A stretch of DNA of 63,950 nucleotides, filler included, from Vicugna vicugna (Eukaryota): assembly GCA_013265495.1 (NCBI GenBank). It is 75 parts of 75 records of this genome, joined end to end, with 100 filler letters (N's around TTAATTAATTAA, not from the genome) between each part and the next. Parts side by side here need not be neighbours in the genome. Positions count along the whole stretch, not along the records: positions 50,770 to 51,730 come from PNXW01009409.1; positions 51,831 to 52,381 come from PNXW01009412.1; positions 52,482 to 53,293 come from PNXW01009413.1; positions 53,394 to 54,717 come from MU059450.1; positions 54,818 to 55,500 come from MU059451.1; positions 55,601 to 56,280 come from MU059453.1; positions 56,381 to 56,754 come from PNXW01009446.1; positions 56,855 to 57,624 come from MU059456.1; 67 more parts are not named here. The stretch is one strand, 5' to 3'. Both the position numbers and the translations under genes were made by a program. Under the pieces are notes generated by a model, which saw only the letters and a program-made list of their open reading frames with translations, did no database searches and had not been told where the DNA came from. This document shows, piece by piece, positions 50,770-63,302 of this stretch. Numbering within the stretch: position 1 is the stretch's first letter; every line of letters begins with the position of its first letter.

Positions 50770-51730
50770 TCAAAGACCGGCCTAGGAGAACACTCTAGGA
50801 AGTCAAGCTAAGGAGTACTATTAGATCCCTGGTGCTGCTTTTAGTTGGAGGAGCCTCCCCACACTCAGGAAACCAGAACCCTTCTTCGAATGTGTGCTGG
50901 AGGTGTGGAAACATAATCCACGCATTTTACATGGGGCACAGTTATGCCTCGGTTGGAGGATGTAGATTAAACACCTCCACATCCCATGGAAATTCACTGG
51001 CTAATACTTCGTTTTAGAGCCCAACATCCAATTACCACCGCACTCCTGGCAGGACAAGCCATCAGGGAAGACAATCTAAGTAATTGTATAGAACCCGGGT
51101 GCTGTTGCCACTTGGAGGAACTTCCCAACTCTCAGGACTCCGGAGAAACTCTTGTGTGTGGGGGACAATCCACGCAGATGAATGGTGACACAGGTGTTCC
51201 GCGGTAGGGGAGTTCCCTAAGAACATCCTCAGTCAATCGGTTGGCACAAGCTGCTACTTGGACTCCAAGCCCAACCCCCAGCTTTTGCTCACAGCCCGGC
51301 CTAGGGAAACACTCAGGGAATACAAGCTGAGATATTCCATTCGAACGCAGGCGCTGCTGTCATTTGGAGGAACTTCCACACACTCAGGATTCCGGATCCC
51401 AGCATTGTGTGTGGGGGAGTTGTGGAGACCCAGTCCACGCAGATGAATGGGGGCAGAGGTGTTCCACTTTAGGGTGAAATTCTCTAAGTACTTCCTCAGT
51501 AAATCGGGGGGCACTCGATGCTACTTGGACTTCAAGCTCAACCCCCACTCTCCCCCACTCTCCAGCCTAGGCATGCCATCAGGGAAGACAAGCTAAGGGA
51601 TTCTATTAGAACCTAGGCGCTGCTGCCAGTTGGAGGAGACTCCGCACACTCAGGATATCTGAAGAATTCTTTGTGTGTGTGCTGATGTTGGGGATACATA
51701 GTCCACACAACTTTATGGGGCACAGGTGTT
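50770..51730 (+). repeat. Satellite D, about 3.6 heterogeneous monomers
   Basis: Anchors at 50804, 51072, 51323, 51589 (268, 251, 266 bp). Confidence 0.9.
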
Positions 51731-51830
51731 NNNNNNNNNNNNNNNNNNNNNNNNNNNNNNNNNNNNNNNNNNNNTTAATTAATTAANNNNNNNNNNNNNN
51801 NNNNNNNNNNNNNNNNNNNNNNNNNNNNNN

Positions 51831-52381
51831 CACGAATTCGAAACTGGTTAGGGAAAGCTTGTGAAAATGTGTACATTTGTCTAAATGAAAATATTCCTTT
51901 TATACAGGATGAAAGATCAGTAATCCACATGCTCTCAACTCAGGAATGCATGTTTGTAGAATCCGTCATGCATGTAGCATGTACGGAACACGGAATATCA
52001 TTTTGATGGAATCTATTCAAATTAAATATCTATATGGTAGAATTCGCCCCGAGAGGGTTATTCTGCTAGAAAAGAGTGATTTTTGAAACTGTTGATAGGA
52101 AGAATCTACGAAGTAAAAGTAAATATTTCAAAGTGCATAAAGTGCATAGTTGTTTGGTAGTTGAAATTTGAGTCATCCAAATGTTCACAACTCAGAAATA
52201 CATGTTTGTGGATTCCGTGATGCATGAAACATGTTTGGAATACGGAATGCCATGTTTATGTAAACAATGTAAATGACATTTGTATTGGTGAGTATTCGCT
52301 TAAAGAGTGTTTTTTGCAGCAAAATGTCCGATTGTAGAATCTGGTGAGAAAAAAAACCGATGAAGTCAGAGTAAATATTTC
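51831..52381 (+). repeat. Satellite B
   Basis: Matches B. Confidence 0.92.
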
Positions 52382-52481
52382 NNNNNNNNNNNNNNNNNNN
52401 NNNNNNNNNNNNNNNNNNNNNNNNNTTAATTAATTAANNNNNNNNNNNNNNNNNNNNNNNNNNNNNNNNNNNNNNNNNNNN

Positions 52482-53293
52482 AATGTACGAAGTCAAAATA
52501 AATGTTTCAGAGTGCATAGGTAACTTTTTTGGTGATGGAAACATCACTCATGCGCACGTTCACACTCAGAAATTCATGTTTGAGGAATCCGTGATGCATG
52601 AAACATGTTCGGAATACGGAATGCCATGGTTATGTAAACAATGTAAATTATATGTGTTTTGGTGAGAATTCGTTTAAACAGAGTTTTCTGGTGCCAAAGG
52701 TCCGAATTTAGAACCTGGTGATAGGAAAAACCTATGAAGTCAGAGTAAATATTTCTAAGTATATATACGCCTTGTTTGGAGGATGGAAGTTCAGTAATCC
52801 AAACGCTCACAAGTCAGAAACGCATGATTGCCGATACCGTCATGCATGTAACATGTACGGAACCCGGAATGCTATGTTGTGGGAATTCATGTAAATTACA
52901 TATCTGTTAGATGGGAATCGCTCCAGAACTATTTTTCTGTGAAAAAAGCACGTATTCGAAACTGGTATTAGGGAAAGCTTATGAAAATGTGTACACGACT
53001 CTAGATGAAAATTTTCTTTTAGAGGATGAAAGATTAGTATTCCACATGCTCTCAACTCAGTAATGCATATTTGTCGAATCCGACATGTATGTAGCATGTA
53101 CGGAACACGGAATACCATGTAGATGGAATCTATTCATCAAATTACATATCTCTAGGGAAGAATTCACTACAAGAGGGTTTTTGTGGGATCAAACTGTGAT
53201 TCTTGCAACTGAGATAGGCAGAAGCTTCGAAGTGAAAATAATATTGCAAAGTGCATATGTAAATTTTTTGGTGTTTGAAACATCAGTCATACG
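52482..53293 (+). repeat. Satellite B, reference full trimer (740 bp)
   Basis: CGAAGT.AAAATAA at 52488 and 53228; sub-repeat anchors at 52567, 52815, 53058. Confidence 0.95.
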
Positions 53294-53393
53294 NNNNNNN
53301 NNNNNNNNNNNNNNNNNNNNNNNNNNNNNNNNNNNNNTTAATTAATTAANNNNNNNNNNNNNNNNNNNNNNNNNNNNNNNNNNNNNNNNNNNN

Positions 53394-54717
53394 GTGTGAT
53401 TCTTGAAACTGGTGAAAGGAAGAAGCTACGAAGTAAAATTAAATAATTCAATGGGCATATGTAACATGTTTGGTGGTTGAAACATCAGTCATGCACCTGT
53501 TCACAACTCAGAAATGCCTGTTTGAGGAATCGGTGTTGCATGAAACATGTTTGGAATACGGAATGCCATGGTTATGTAAACAATGTAAATTACATGTGTA
53601 TTGTTGAGAATTCGATCAAAGAGATTTTTCTGGTGCCTTATGTCCTATTTTANNNNNNNNNNNNNNNNNNNNNNNNNNNNNNNNNNNNNNNNNNNNNNNN
53701 NNNNNNNNNNNNNNNNNNNNNNNNNNNNNNNNNNNNNNNNNNNNNNNNNNNNNNNNNNNNNNNNNNNNNNNNNNNNNNNNNNNNNNNNNNNNNNNNNNNN
53801 NNNNNNNNNNNNNNNNNNNNNNNNNNNNNNNNNNNNNNNNNNNNNNNNNNNNNNNNNNNNNNNNNNNNNNNNNNNNNNNNNNNNNNNNNNNNNNNNNNNN
53901 NNNNNNNNNNNNNNNNNNNNNNNNNNNNNNNNNNNNNNNNNNNNNNNNNNNNNNNNNNNNNNNNNNNNNNNNNNNNNNNNNNNNNNNNNNNNNNNNNNNN
54001 NNNNNNNNNNNNNNNNNNNNNNNNNNNNNNNNNNNNNNNNNNNNNNNNNNNNNNNNNNNNNNNNNNNNNNNNNNNNNNNNNNNNNNNNNNNNNNNNNNNN
54101 NNNNNNNNNNNNNNNNNNNNNNNNNNNNNNNNNNNNNNNNNNNNNNNNNNNNNNNNNNNNNNNNNNNNNNNNNNNNNNNNNNNNNNNNNNNNNNNNNNNN
54201 NNNNNNNNNNNNNNNNNNNNNNNNNNNNNNNNNNNNNNNNNNNNNNNNNNNNNNNNNNNNNNNNNNNNNNNNNNNNNNNNNNNNNNNNNNNNNNNNNNNN
54301 NNNNNNNNNNNNNNNNNNNNNNNNNNNNNNNNNNNNNNNNNNNNNNNNGTGATTATTCTGGTGCCTTATGTCCTATTTTAGGAACTGGTGATTGAAAAAA
54401 CCTATGAAGTCAGAGTAAATATTTCTAAGAAAAAATATGCCTTGTTTGGTGGATGAAAGGTCAGTAATCCACATTCTCAAAACTGAGAAACTCATGTTTG
54501 TCGAATCCGACATGTATGTCGCATGTAAGGAAACCGGAATGCCATGTTGATGGAATCTATTCAAATTAAATATATCTACGGTAGATTTCGCTCCAAGAAT
54601 TTTTTTCTGGGGTCAAAGTCTGATTCTTGAAACTGGTGACAGGGAGAAACAATGAAGTCATAGTAAATATTTCTAAGAGCATATGTACCCTGCTATGTTT
54701 GAAACATCAGTCATGCG
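53394..54717 (+). repeat. Satellite B including the chimeric dimer variant; gap 53653-54348
   Basis: CTGGTGCCTTATGTCCTATTTTA on both sides of the gap; chimeric monomer at ~54385-54635. Confidence 0.9.
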
Positions 54718-54817
54718 NNNNNNNNNNNNNNNNNNNNNNNNNNNNNNNNNNNNNNNNNNNNTTAATTAATTAANNNNNNNNNNNNNNNNNNNNNNNNNNN
54801 NNNNNNNNNNNNNNNNN

Positions 54818-55500
54818 GTATCAGGGTGATTGTGGTTTCATAGAATGACTTTGGGAGTATTCCTTCCTTTTCAAACATCTGGAAGAGTTTGAGAAGGACT
54901 TGTATGATTTCTTCTGTTATGTTTGGTAGAATTCCTCAGTGAATCCATCTGGTCATGGACTGCTATTTGTAGGGAAGTTTTATATTGCTATTTTAATTTC
55001 ATTTCTGGTGCTCTGCTTTTTCAAGGGTTCAGTTACATCTTGATTCAGTCTTGGTGGACAGTATGATTACAGAAACTTGTCCATCTATTGTAGATTACAC
55101 AGTTTGGTTCAATATATTTTCATACTATTCTCATATGATATTCTGTATTTCTAATTTTTTGTGGTAATTTCTGCATTCTCATTTCTTATTTGGTAATTTG
55201 TGCTCTCTCTCTTTTCTTCTTTTTGAGTTTGGCCAGAGGTTTGTCGATTTTACTTACTTTTTGGAAAAACCAGCTTTTGAATTGGTTGATTTCTTCCTGT
55301 GTTCTTTCTGATCTCTGTTTTATTTATTTCCAATAAATATTGTGTGGTTTTGCTTTCATTTTCTTTTGTCTCAAGGTACATTTTCATTTCAGCTTTGATT
55401 TCTTCATTGAACCATTTGTTTATTAATAACATGTTATTTAATCCCTATGCTTTCCTTTTTTCCCTTTGTTTCTCTGTTGTTGATTTCTAGCCTCATGACA
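54818..55500 (-). mobile_element. L1 ORF2 fragment (between endonuclease and RT)
   Basis: GGAAGAGTTTGAGAAGGA..TGGTAGAATTC..CCATCTGGTC; AAAAACCAGCTTTTG. Confidence 0.92.
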
Positions 55501-55600
55501 NNNNNNNNNNNNNNNNNNNNNNNNNNNNNNNNNNNNNNNNNNNNTTAATTAATTAANNNNNNNNNNNNNNNNNNNNNNNNNNNNNNNNNNNNNNNNNNNN

Positions 55601-56280
55601 TCGTCTCCCCTGAGTGTTTTCCTAATGTCTCGGTGCCAGGGATTGATAGGGGTGATGGCAGGATATCCCAGTGTCAGAGGCTGCCTCCCAAGGTCAGGGA
55701 AGGTATTTCTCGGGCTTTCCCGAACAGGGAACACCTGTGACTGAAGAGAGCTGCGTGGAGTTGTCTCACGAGCTCCCCCACGCACTGACAATGTTTCCGG
55801 AATCCTGAAGCATGAGGAAGTTCCTCCAACGGTCGGCAGCGCTTGGGTTCTAACGGAATGCCTAAGCTCGTATCCCCTGAGGCTTTTCCTAATGTCTCTG
55901 TGCCAGGGAATGCTAGGGGTGATTGCANNNNNNNNNNNNNNNNNNNNNNNNNNNNNNNNNNNNNNNNNNNNNNNNNNNNNNNNNNNNNNNNNNNNNNNNN
56001 NNNNNNNNNNNNNNNNNNNNNNNNNNNNNNNNNNNNNNNNNNNNNNNNNNNNNNNNNNNNNNNNNNNNNNNNNNNNTAACGGTTGGCAGCGCGTGGGTTC
56101 TAACGGAATGCCTAAGCTCGTCTCCCCTGAGGGTTTTCCTAATGTCTCTGTGCCAGGGAATGCTAAGGGTGATTGCAGGATATCCCAGTGTCCGAGGCTG
56201 CGTCCCATGGTCAGGGAAGCTATTTCTCGGGCTTTTCCGAACAGGGAAAACCTGTGACTGAAGAGAGCTGCGTGGAGTTG
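55601..56280 (-). repeat. Satellite A; gap 55928-56076
   Basis: TCGT.TCCCCTGAG at 55601 and 55868. Confidence 0.93.
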
Positions 56281-56380
56281 NNNNNNNNNNNNNNNNNNNN
56301 NNNNNNNNNNNNNNNNNNNNNNNNTTAATTAATTAANNNNNNNNNNNNNNNNNNNNNNNNNNNNNNNNNNNNNNNNNNNN

Positions 56381-56754
56381 GATACCAGAAAACTTCGTGT
56401 GTGTGCTGGAGTTGGGGAAACAAAGTACACGCAATTTCCAGGGGTAACAGTAAATCCCAAGTTGTGGGTTGTAGTTTAAACATCTCCACTACCCATGGAG
56501 AGGCACACGCTGATACTTAGTTTTAGAGCCCAAATCCCACTTTCAACCACACACTGGCCTAGGCAAACCATCAGGGAAGACAAGCAAAGGATTCTAAAGT
56601 TCTTCATGTGTTCCTGGTGGTGGGGAAAAAACGTCCACGTTTATTTATTGGATCACAGGTGTTCCCAGGTTGGGGATGTAGGTAAACACTTCCACTGCTC
56701 ATACAGAGTCACTCGCTATTACTTTGGTTTAGTGACCAACCCCACCTTAACTCA
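56381..56754 (+). repeat. Satellite D with internal deletion
   Basis: GTGTGCTGGAG, ATACTT.GTTTTAGAGCCCAA and ATCAGGGAAGACAAGC motifs. Confidence 0.82.
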
Positions 56755-56854
56755 NNNNNNNNNNNNNNNNNNNNNNNNNNNNNNNNNNNNNNNNNNNNTT
56801 AATTAATTAANNNNNNNNNNNNNNNNNNNNNNNNNNNNNNNNNNNNNNNNNNNN

Positions 56855-57624
56855 TTCCCTGGCACAGAGACATTAGGAAAACCCCCAGGGGAGACGAACA
56901 TAGGCATTCCGTTTTAACCCACGCGCTGCCGACCGTTGTTGGAAACTCCCCACGCTCAGAATTGCGGAAGCATTGTCAGTGCGTGGGGGAGCTCGAGAGA
57001 CAACTCCACACAGCTCTCTTCATCCACAGGTGTTCCCTGTTCGGGGAAGTCCGAGAAATGCCTCCCCTGACATTGGGGAGACAGCTTTGGTCACTGGGAT
57101 ATCCTGCAATAACCCCTAGCATTCCCTGCACAGAGACATTAGGAAAACCCTCAGGGGAGACGAGCTTAGGCATTCCGTTAGAACCCACGCGCTGCCGACC
57201 GTTGGTGGAACCTCCCCACGCTCAGGNNNNNNNNNNNNNNNNNNNNNNNNNNNNNNNNNNNNNNNNNNNNNNNNNNNNNNNNNNNNNNNNNNNNNNNNNN
57301 NNNNNNNNNNNNNNNNNNNNNNNNNNNNNNNNNNNNNNNNNNNNNNNNNNNNNNNNNNNNNNNNNNNNNNNNNNNNNNNNNNNNNNNNNNNNNNNNNNNN
57401 NNNNNNNNNNNNNNNNNNNNNNNNNNNNNNNNNNNNNNNNNNNNNNNNNNNNNNNNNNNNNNNNGGAACCTCCCTCAGGATTCCGGAACGATTGTCAGTG
57501 GGTTGGGGACCTCGACAGACAACTCCACGAGGCTCTCTTCAGTCACAGGTTTTCCCTGTACATGGAAGTTCGAGAAATGCCTTCCCTGAGCTTGGGGAGG
57601 CAGCCTCGCTCACTGGGATATCCT
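56855..57624 (+). repeat. Satellite A; gap 57227-57464
   Basis: Near-consensus unit. Confidence 0.93.
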
Positions 57625-57861
57625 NNNNNNNNNNNNNNNNNNNNNNNNNNNNNNNNNNNNNNNNNNNNTTAATTAATTAANNNNNNNNNNNNNNNNNNNN
57701 NNNNNNNNNNNNNNNNNNNNNNNNAAGACACCCAGAGGGGACGAAGACTCGGGGCTGTCAGGGGCTGGGGGGTGAGGAGGTGGGGGGCAGTGCTTGCTGT
57801 GGATCCAAGTTTTTACTTTGAAGAAAGGAATGGTGTGAGCCTGCATGGTAGTGATGGTCGC

Positions 57862-57968
57862 ACGGCATCGTGAAGGCACCCAGTGCTCCTGAATTGCACA
57901 ATTTCAGAGGGACAACGGCATCGTGAAGGCACCCAGTGCTCCTGAATTGCACAATTTCCGAGGGACAA
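57862..57968 (+). repeat. 53-bp tandem duplication (one mismatch)
   Basis: ACGGCATCGTGAAGGCACCC at 57862 and 57915. Confidence 0.88.
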
Positions 57969-60900
57969 AGTCTATATTTTATTAAAAGAAACTTAAAAAG
58001 GCAAAATAAAGGATGCCATAACCGATATGAAAGAAAGAGAGGAAAGTGAAATAAAAGCATGTGCAAATCACTTCAGGGGAATGGAAGTCAAGGTCGGGTG
58101 CGGGAGAGGATTCATGGAGGTATTTTCAAGAAGAAAGTACATTTGGGCAGAGAGGGAGCTCAGCCCCATGGGCTGATGACAGCTCCACATGCTCTCTGTG
58201 GCTCAGTATTCCAGCTGCAGTTGCAGCATCTTCAGGATGTTCGGAAACAGCGGGAGCTGCGGGTGCTTTTGTAGCAGCAGGAGCTTCGGGACCGTCANNN
58301 NNNNNNNNNNNNNNNNNNNNNNNNNNNNNNNNNNNNNNNNNTTAATTAATTAANNNNNNNNNNNNNNNNNNNNNNNNNNNNNNNNNNNNNNNNNNNNTGC
58401 TCAACAAATGTTAATTTAATATCAAAGTGATTTACAAGTCTCACTTCTAATCATTTATGTATTTCCTGGCTAGTCTAAGTCACAAAGAAAATCCTTATTT
58501 CTACTTTTATAAACTCTTGGGGAGCACCCTTCTCTTCTATATCACCACTTGTTTAAACCGCGGGAGGGGATGCCTCCTAACCACACCTCTGGGCCATGGA
58601 GAGTGCTCCTCCCTTCACACCCCTGGCCCCTGGCCCACAGCTAGCCCTCATCACAGTAACAGAGTGAGGTGTGAGTCTGGGAAGACAAGCAGGGAATTTG
58701 AAATCCTTCCTTTCCCTCCAGTGTTGGTCACCATTGGGAAGCACCCGGGATGCTCAGTTCCATGGCAGGAAAGCCCTGTGCATGAAGNNNNNNNNNNNNN
58801 NNNNNNNNNNNNNNNNNNNNNNNNNNNNNNNNNNNNNNNNNNNNNNNNNNNNNNNNNNNNNNNNNNNNNNNNNNNNNNNNNNNNNNNNNNNNNNNNNNNN
58901 NNNNNNNNNNNNNNNNNNNNNNNNNNNNNNNNNNNNNNNNNNNNNNNNNNNNNNNNNNNNNNNNNNNNNNNNNNNNNNNNNNNNNNNNNNNNNNNNNNNN
59001 NNNNNNNNNNNNNNNNNNNNNNNNNNNNNNNNNNNNNNNNNNNNNNNNNNNNNNNNNNNNNNNNNNNNNNNNNNNNNNNNNNNNNNNNNNNNNNNNNNNN
59101 NNNNNNNNNNNNNNNNNNNNNNNNNNNNNNNNNNNNNNNNNNNNNNNNNNNNNNNNNNNNNNNNNNNNNNNNNNNNNNNNNNNNNNNNNNNNNNNNNNNN
59201 NNNNNNNNNNNNNNNNNNNNNNNNNNNNNNNNNNNNNNNNNNNNNNNNNNNNNNNNNNNNNNNNNNNNNNNNNNNNNNNNNNNNNNNNNNNNNNNNNNNN
59301 NNNNNNNNNNNNNNNNNNNNNNNNNNNNNNNNNNNNNNNNNNNNNNNNNNNNNNNNNNNNNNNNNNNNNNNNNNNNNNNNNNNNNNNNNNNNNNNNNNNN
59401 NNNNNNNNNNNNNNNNNNNNNNNNNNNNNNNNNNNNNNNNNNNNNNNNNNNNNNNNNNNNNNNNNNNNNNNNNNNNNNNNNNNNNNNNNNNNNNNNNNNN
59501 NNNNNNNNNNNNNNNNNNTTTATAAAATCCCGGCTCACTGGTTTCTAACACTGGAAGACAAGACGAATTTTACCATTGTTTGCAAAGCAAGTCTGAAATG
59601 TTCACAGTGACATGACAGAATAAAACTAAGATATAAGCAGAATAATTTTTCCAGGTAGACAGACATAATGGACATTGGGCTATTCTGAAACATTAAGGAA
59701 AGTAATCAAAATAAAATAACGTTGTTTAAGCCTTGTTTTACAAACAGGAAAATCAAGACAGCGTCACCTATGGCTAAAAANNNNNNNNNNNNNNNNNNNN
59801 NNNNNNNNNNNNNNNNNNNNNNNNTTAATTAATTAANNNNNNNNNNNNNNNNNNNNNNNNNNNNNNNNNNNNNNNNNNNNCAGGAGGGACCCGGTGGACC
59901 ATGGCCCTGCAGTGTCCGGGCTGTCGCCACTTTTCACTTTTCTCGCGCTGATGGGTGTGCAGTTGTTCCGCATGCTCTTGCGCCGGCATTACTCTCATGT
60001 CAACTGATACCAGTCTTTCCATGGGCTGTTTCCCATCTCTGCATCCTCTTCCATGAAATACTTGCTCTTAATTTTGCTCATTCTTTAAACAGACTCTGTC
60101 AGATAATTCTTACCATTTAGTTTTGAGAATAATCTCAACACCAGCTGTGTGTTGGATATGTGGTGTGCAAAGTTTTCCATGTGTCTATTACTTATTTATT
60201 TTATCCTCATTTAAAATATTTGAAATCCAAAAGATTCTAGTTTTGGTGAGATTCAACTTCTCAAACTTTCCTTTTACAATCTATTCTGGTGTCATCAAAG
60301 GATTCCTCTGTCACCCCACATCCTGGTGATCTTCTTCTGTGGATTCCTCTAAAACAGGCACCACAACATAAATGACCCAAATGTGCCTCAGAAGAAAAAG
60401 ATCAACTTCTCTGTGTCCAGTGTTGGAATAATGGCCTCTCACAGCAGCATGGTGACTGCTGTCCCCACAGCATCTGCTATGAGCACTGCCCAGCCCATCT
60501 TGTCATGCCCACAGCAATAGACAGGATGACTGTGTCACCCAGGCCCAGAGGGGAAGNNNNNNNNNNNNNNNNNNNNNNNNNNNNNNNNNNNNNNNNNNNN
60601 TTAATTAATTAANNNNNNNNNNNNNNNNNNNNNNNNNNNNNNNNNNNNNNNNNNNNACCCCACGCAGGCTGGGGTCTGCCCTGGGGTCCGGAGAAAGTCA
60701 CCCCCCTTGCCGCCTGCTTCCCAGCTCCCTGTCGGGGCGTGGGGGGCGGGGGGGTGAGAAATTGCATATAACTGTGACTTCGTTCTCGCTGGCATACCAC
60801 CTCCTGGGTCATTCTGTCATGTTTAGATTCAGGCCCAGTGTCTCATCTCGGCCTCTAGGGTGGGCTGGGCTNNNNNNNNNNNNNNNNNNNNNNNNNNNNN

Positions 60901-61034
60901 NNNNNNNNNNNNNNNNNNNNNNNNNNNNNNNNNNNNNNNNNNNNNNNNNNNNNNNNNNNNNNNNNNNNNNNNNNNNNNNNNNNNNNNNNNNNNNNNNNNN
61001 NNNCGTGACTTCTTCGTTCCCAGCTCCAGCGTTC

Positions 61035-61190
61035 CTTCTCCCTCTGTCTGTCTCTCTGCGCCTGTCTTGTCTCTCTCCCTCTCTCTGTTTCTCTCTCTCC
61101 CTCTGCCTCACTGTGTTTCAGTCTCTCTGTTTTCCTGGATGTCTGTGCGTATACATTTATGTGCGTGTATGTGTATTTACGTGTTTATAT
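61035..61190 (+). repeat. CT-rich then TG-rich low-complexity tract
   Basis: Direct inspection. Confidence 0.75.
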
Positions 61191-63022
61191 TGTTAGGGCC
61201 CAGGGCAGGTCACTTGTGAAAGTGNNNNNNNNNNNNNNNNNNNNNNNNNNNNNNNNNNNNNNNNNNNNTTAATTAATTAANNNNNNNNNNNNNNNNNNNN
61301 NNNNNNNNNNNNNNNNNNNNNNNNCAAAATACTTGAACCTTTTGTATGGCAGAGTCCAAGGTTTCCTTTTAAAAAAAAGTACACATATACACATACATAC
61401 ACACAATTAAAACACCCAGAGAAAGATAAAACATTTATATTTCAAGGACACAGGAAGAGAAATCCAAGTTCCCCATAAAGGGGATTTTGTTATTATAAGT
61501 TCAGAATTCCAAAAAATGTTTTTATCAGGCCNNNNNNNNNNNNNNNNNNNNNNNNNNNNNNNNNNNNNNNNNNNNNNNNNNNNNNNNNNNNNNNNNNNNN
61601 NNNNNNNNNNNNNNNNNNNNNNNNNNNNNNNNNNNNNNNNNNNNNNNNNNNNNNNNNNNNNNNNNNNNNNNNNNNNNNNNNNNNNNNNNNNNNNNNNNNN
61701 NNNNNNNNNNNNNNNNNNNNNNNNNNNNNNNNNNNNNNNNNNNNNNNNNNNNNNNNNNNNNNNNNNTAAGTCTTTCCTTCTACCACTCCTGGAAGATTCT
61801 CTGTCATCCGAGAAATCTGTTACCAGCCAGGAGGAGGGTCCCATTTTTGGAGTTGAAAGTTTCCTCATAAGAGTTTTACTTCTATATGAAAAATTAAATG
61901 GAGGTAACCAAATTGAGGAAAGCATTAGACCAGCCTCATACCTAACCACTCAGTCCTGAACCCAGTGTCTTTCAACTTGGACCCACTCGGGACGTCTCCA
62001 TTGGGTAAGTATTTTCCTCATATGTTTCCACCGGACACACTTCGGACGTCTCNNNNNNNNNNNNNNNNNNNNNNNNNNNNNNNNNNNNNNNNNNNNTTAA
62101 TTAATTAANNNNNNNNNNNNNNNNNNNNNNNNNNNNNNNNNNNNNNNNNNNNGAATAGAGAAGCATCTTAAGGAGATTTAATGGAGGAAGGGGAATCACA
62201 TACAGATTTTGGTTCAACAACAACGTGCCAGAAGTGAAGTATGATTCTGACAAAGCAAAGGGTTGACAACCTTAGATCTCTTAGATCTCTGACCTCATCC
62301 TTAGGGATGTATTTAGAAACAGAGTGAGAGGGATGAAATAAGAGTAAGAACAATACAAACTATTTCTCTGTAATGCCTGGGGACTACTTGGTGGCAGTGT
62401 CAGTAGTCTCAGACATTCAGTAGCAGTACAGGTAAGAGCAGCGATAGTCCTCAGGTGTAAGTTGTGACAACAGCATGGTTTAAATTTTTGCCTCTACAAC
62501 TGATAAGGATATACCTCTGGCAGGTTAGAGGAGATAAAAAAGCTATCGGATGATCTGCAGTAGATGAGGAATTCTGTAATGACTCCAGGATTCAGAAGAG
62601 AAATGGAATTTCTACGGAAAAGCTAAGGTAAACAACCGAATACTCTTTTGCAGATGTTATCATACTCTTGTTTTACTTCCTGACTCAAGCAGTGTGAGAA
62701 ACATTTATTTTAAAAAGGTTTCTTTCCTCCTCCAGTGTATCTCCTTTCAATCTACCAAACGCCCATTTAAAAAAAAAATTAAAAAAAAAACAAAACTGAG
62801 CTTATGACACGAGTTCATTTTGCATGATTAAATCAGTAATAAAAATTTTCTCCTACAAAGAANNNNNNNNNNNNNNNNNNNNNNNNNNNNNNNNNNNNNN
62901 NNNNNNTTAATTAATTAANNNNNNNNNNNNNNNNNNNNNNNNNNNNNNNNNNNNNNNNNNNNGGAAGCATCTGGGAGCCTTTAAAACATAGTGCGTCCCA
63001 GCCTGGATTGGGGACTTTGTAC

Positions 63023-63160
63023 TTTTTTTTATTTTTTAAATACTTCTTTCATTTTGTGGGGAGTAGTTAGCTTTATTTATTTTAATGGAGGTACTGGGAA
63101 TTGAACCCAGGACCTCTTGCATGCTAAGCACGTGCTCTACCACTGAGCCGTACCCGCCCC
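63023..63160 (-). mobile_element. tRNA(Ala)-derived SINE (camelid Vic-1-like), near full length
   Basis: Minus strand GGGGCGGGTACGGCTCAGTGGTAGAGCACGTGCTTAGCATGCAAGAGGTCCTGGGTTCAATTCCCAGTACCTCCA + A-rich tail; Pol III A and B boxes. Confidence 0.85.
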
Positions 63161-63227
63161 GCCTTTTTTTGGTTTTAGACATTAGCTCTACTGAGCAGTC
63201 AGGGTTGAGAATCAACCTGCAGAGAGC

Positions 63228-63302
63228 AGAGAGCCTTGGGGTAGAGATCAAGGAGAAGCTGCCCAAGAGAGCCTTGGGGTAGAGATCAAGGAGAAGCTGC
63301 CC
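63228..63302 (+). repeat. 38-bp exact tandem duplication
   Basis: AGAGAGCCTTGGGGTAGAGATCAAGGAGAAGCTGCCC at 63228 and 63266. Confidence 0.9.

Noticed and set aside
58059..58345. Ala/Ser- and Leu/Gln-rich short ORFs
   Set aside because: Short, truncated by a linker, and no recognisable domain.
62524..62627. AG..GT-bounded exon-like segment
   Set aside because: Stop codons in all three frames.
63085..63160. Possible tRNA-Ala gene
   Set aside because: Extended 5' end, imperfect acceptor stem and A-rich tail indicate a SINE.
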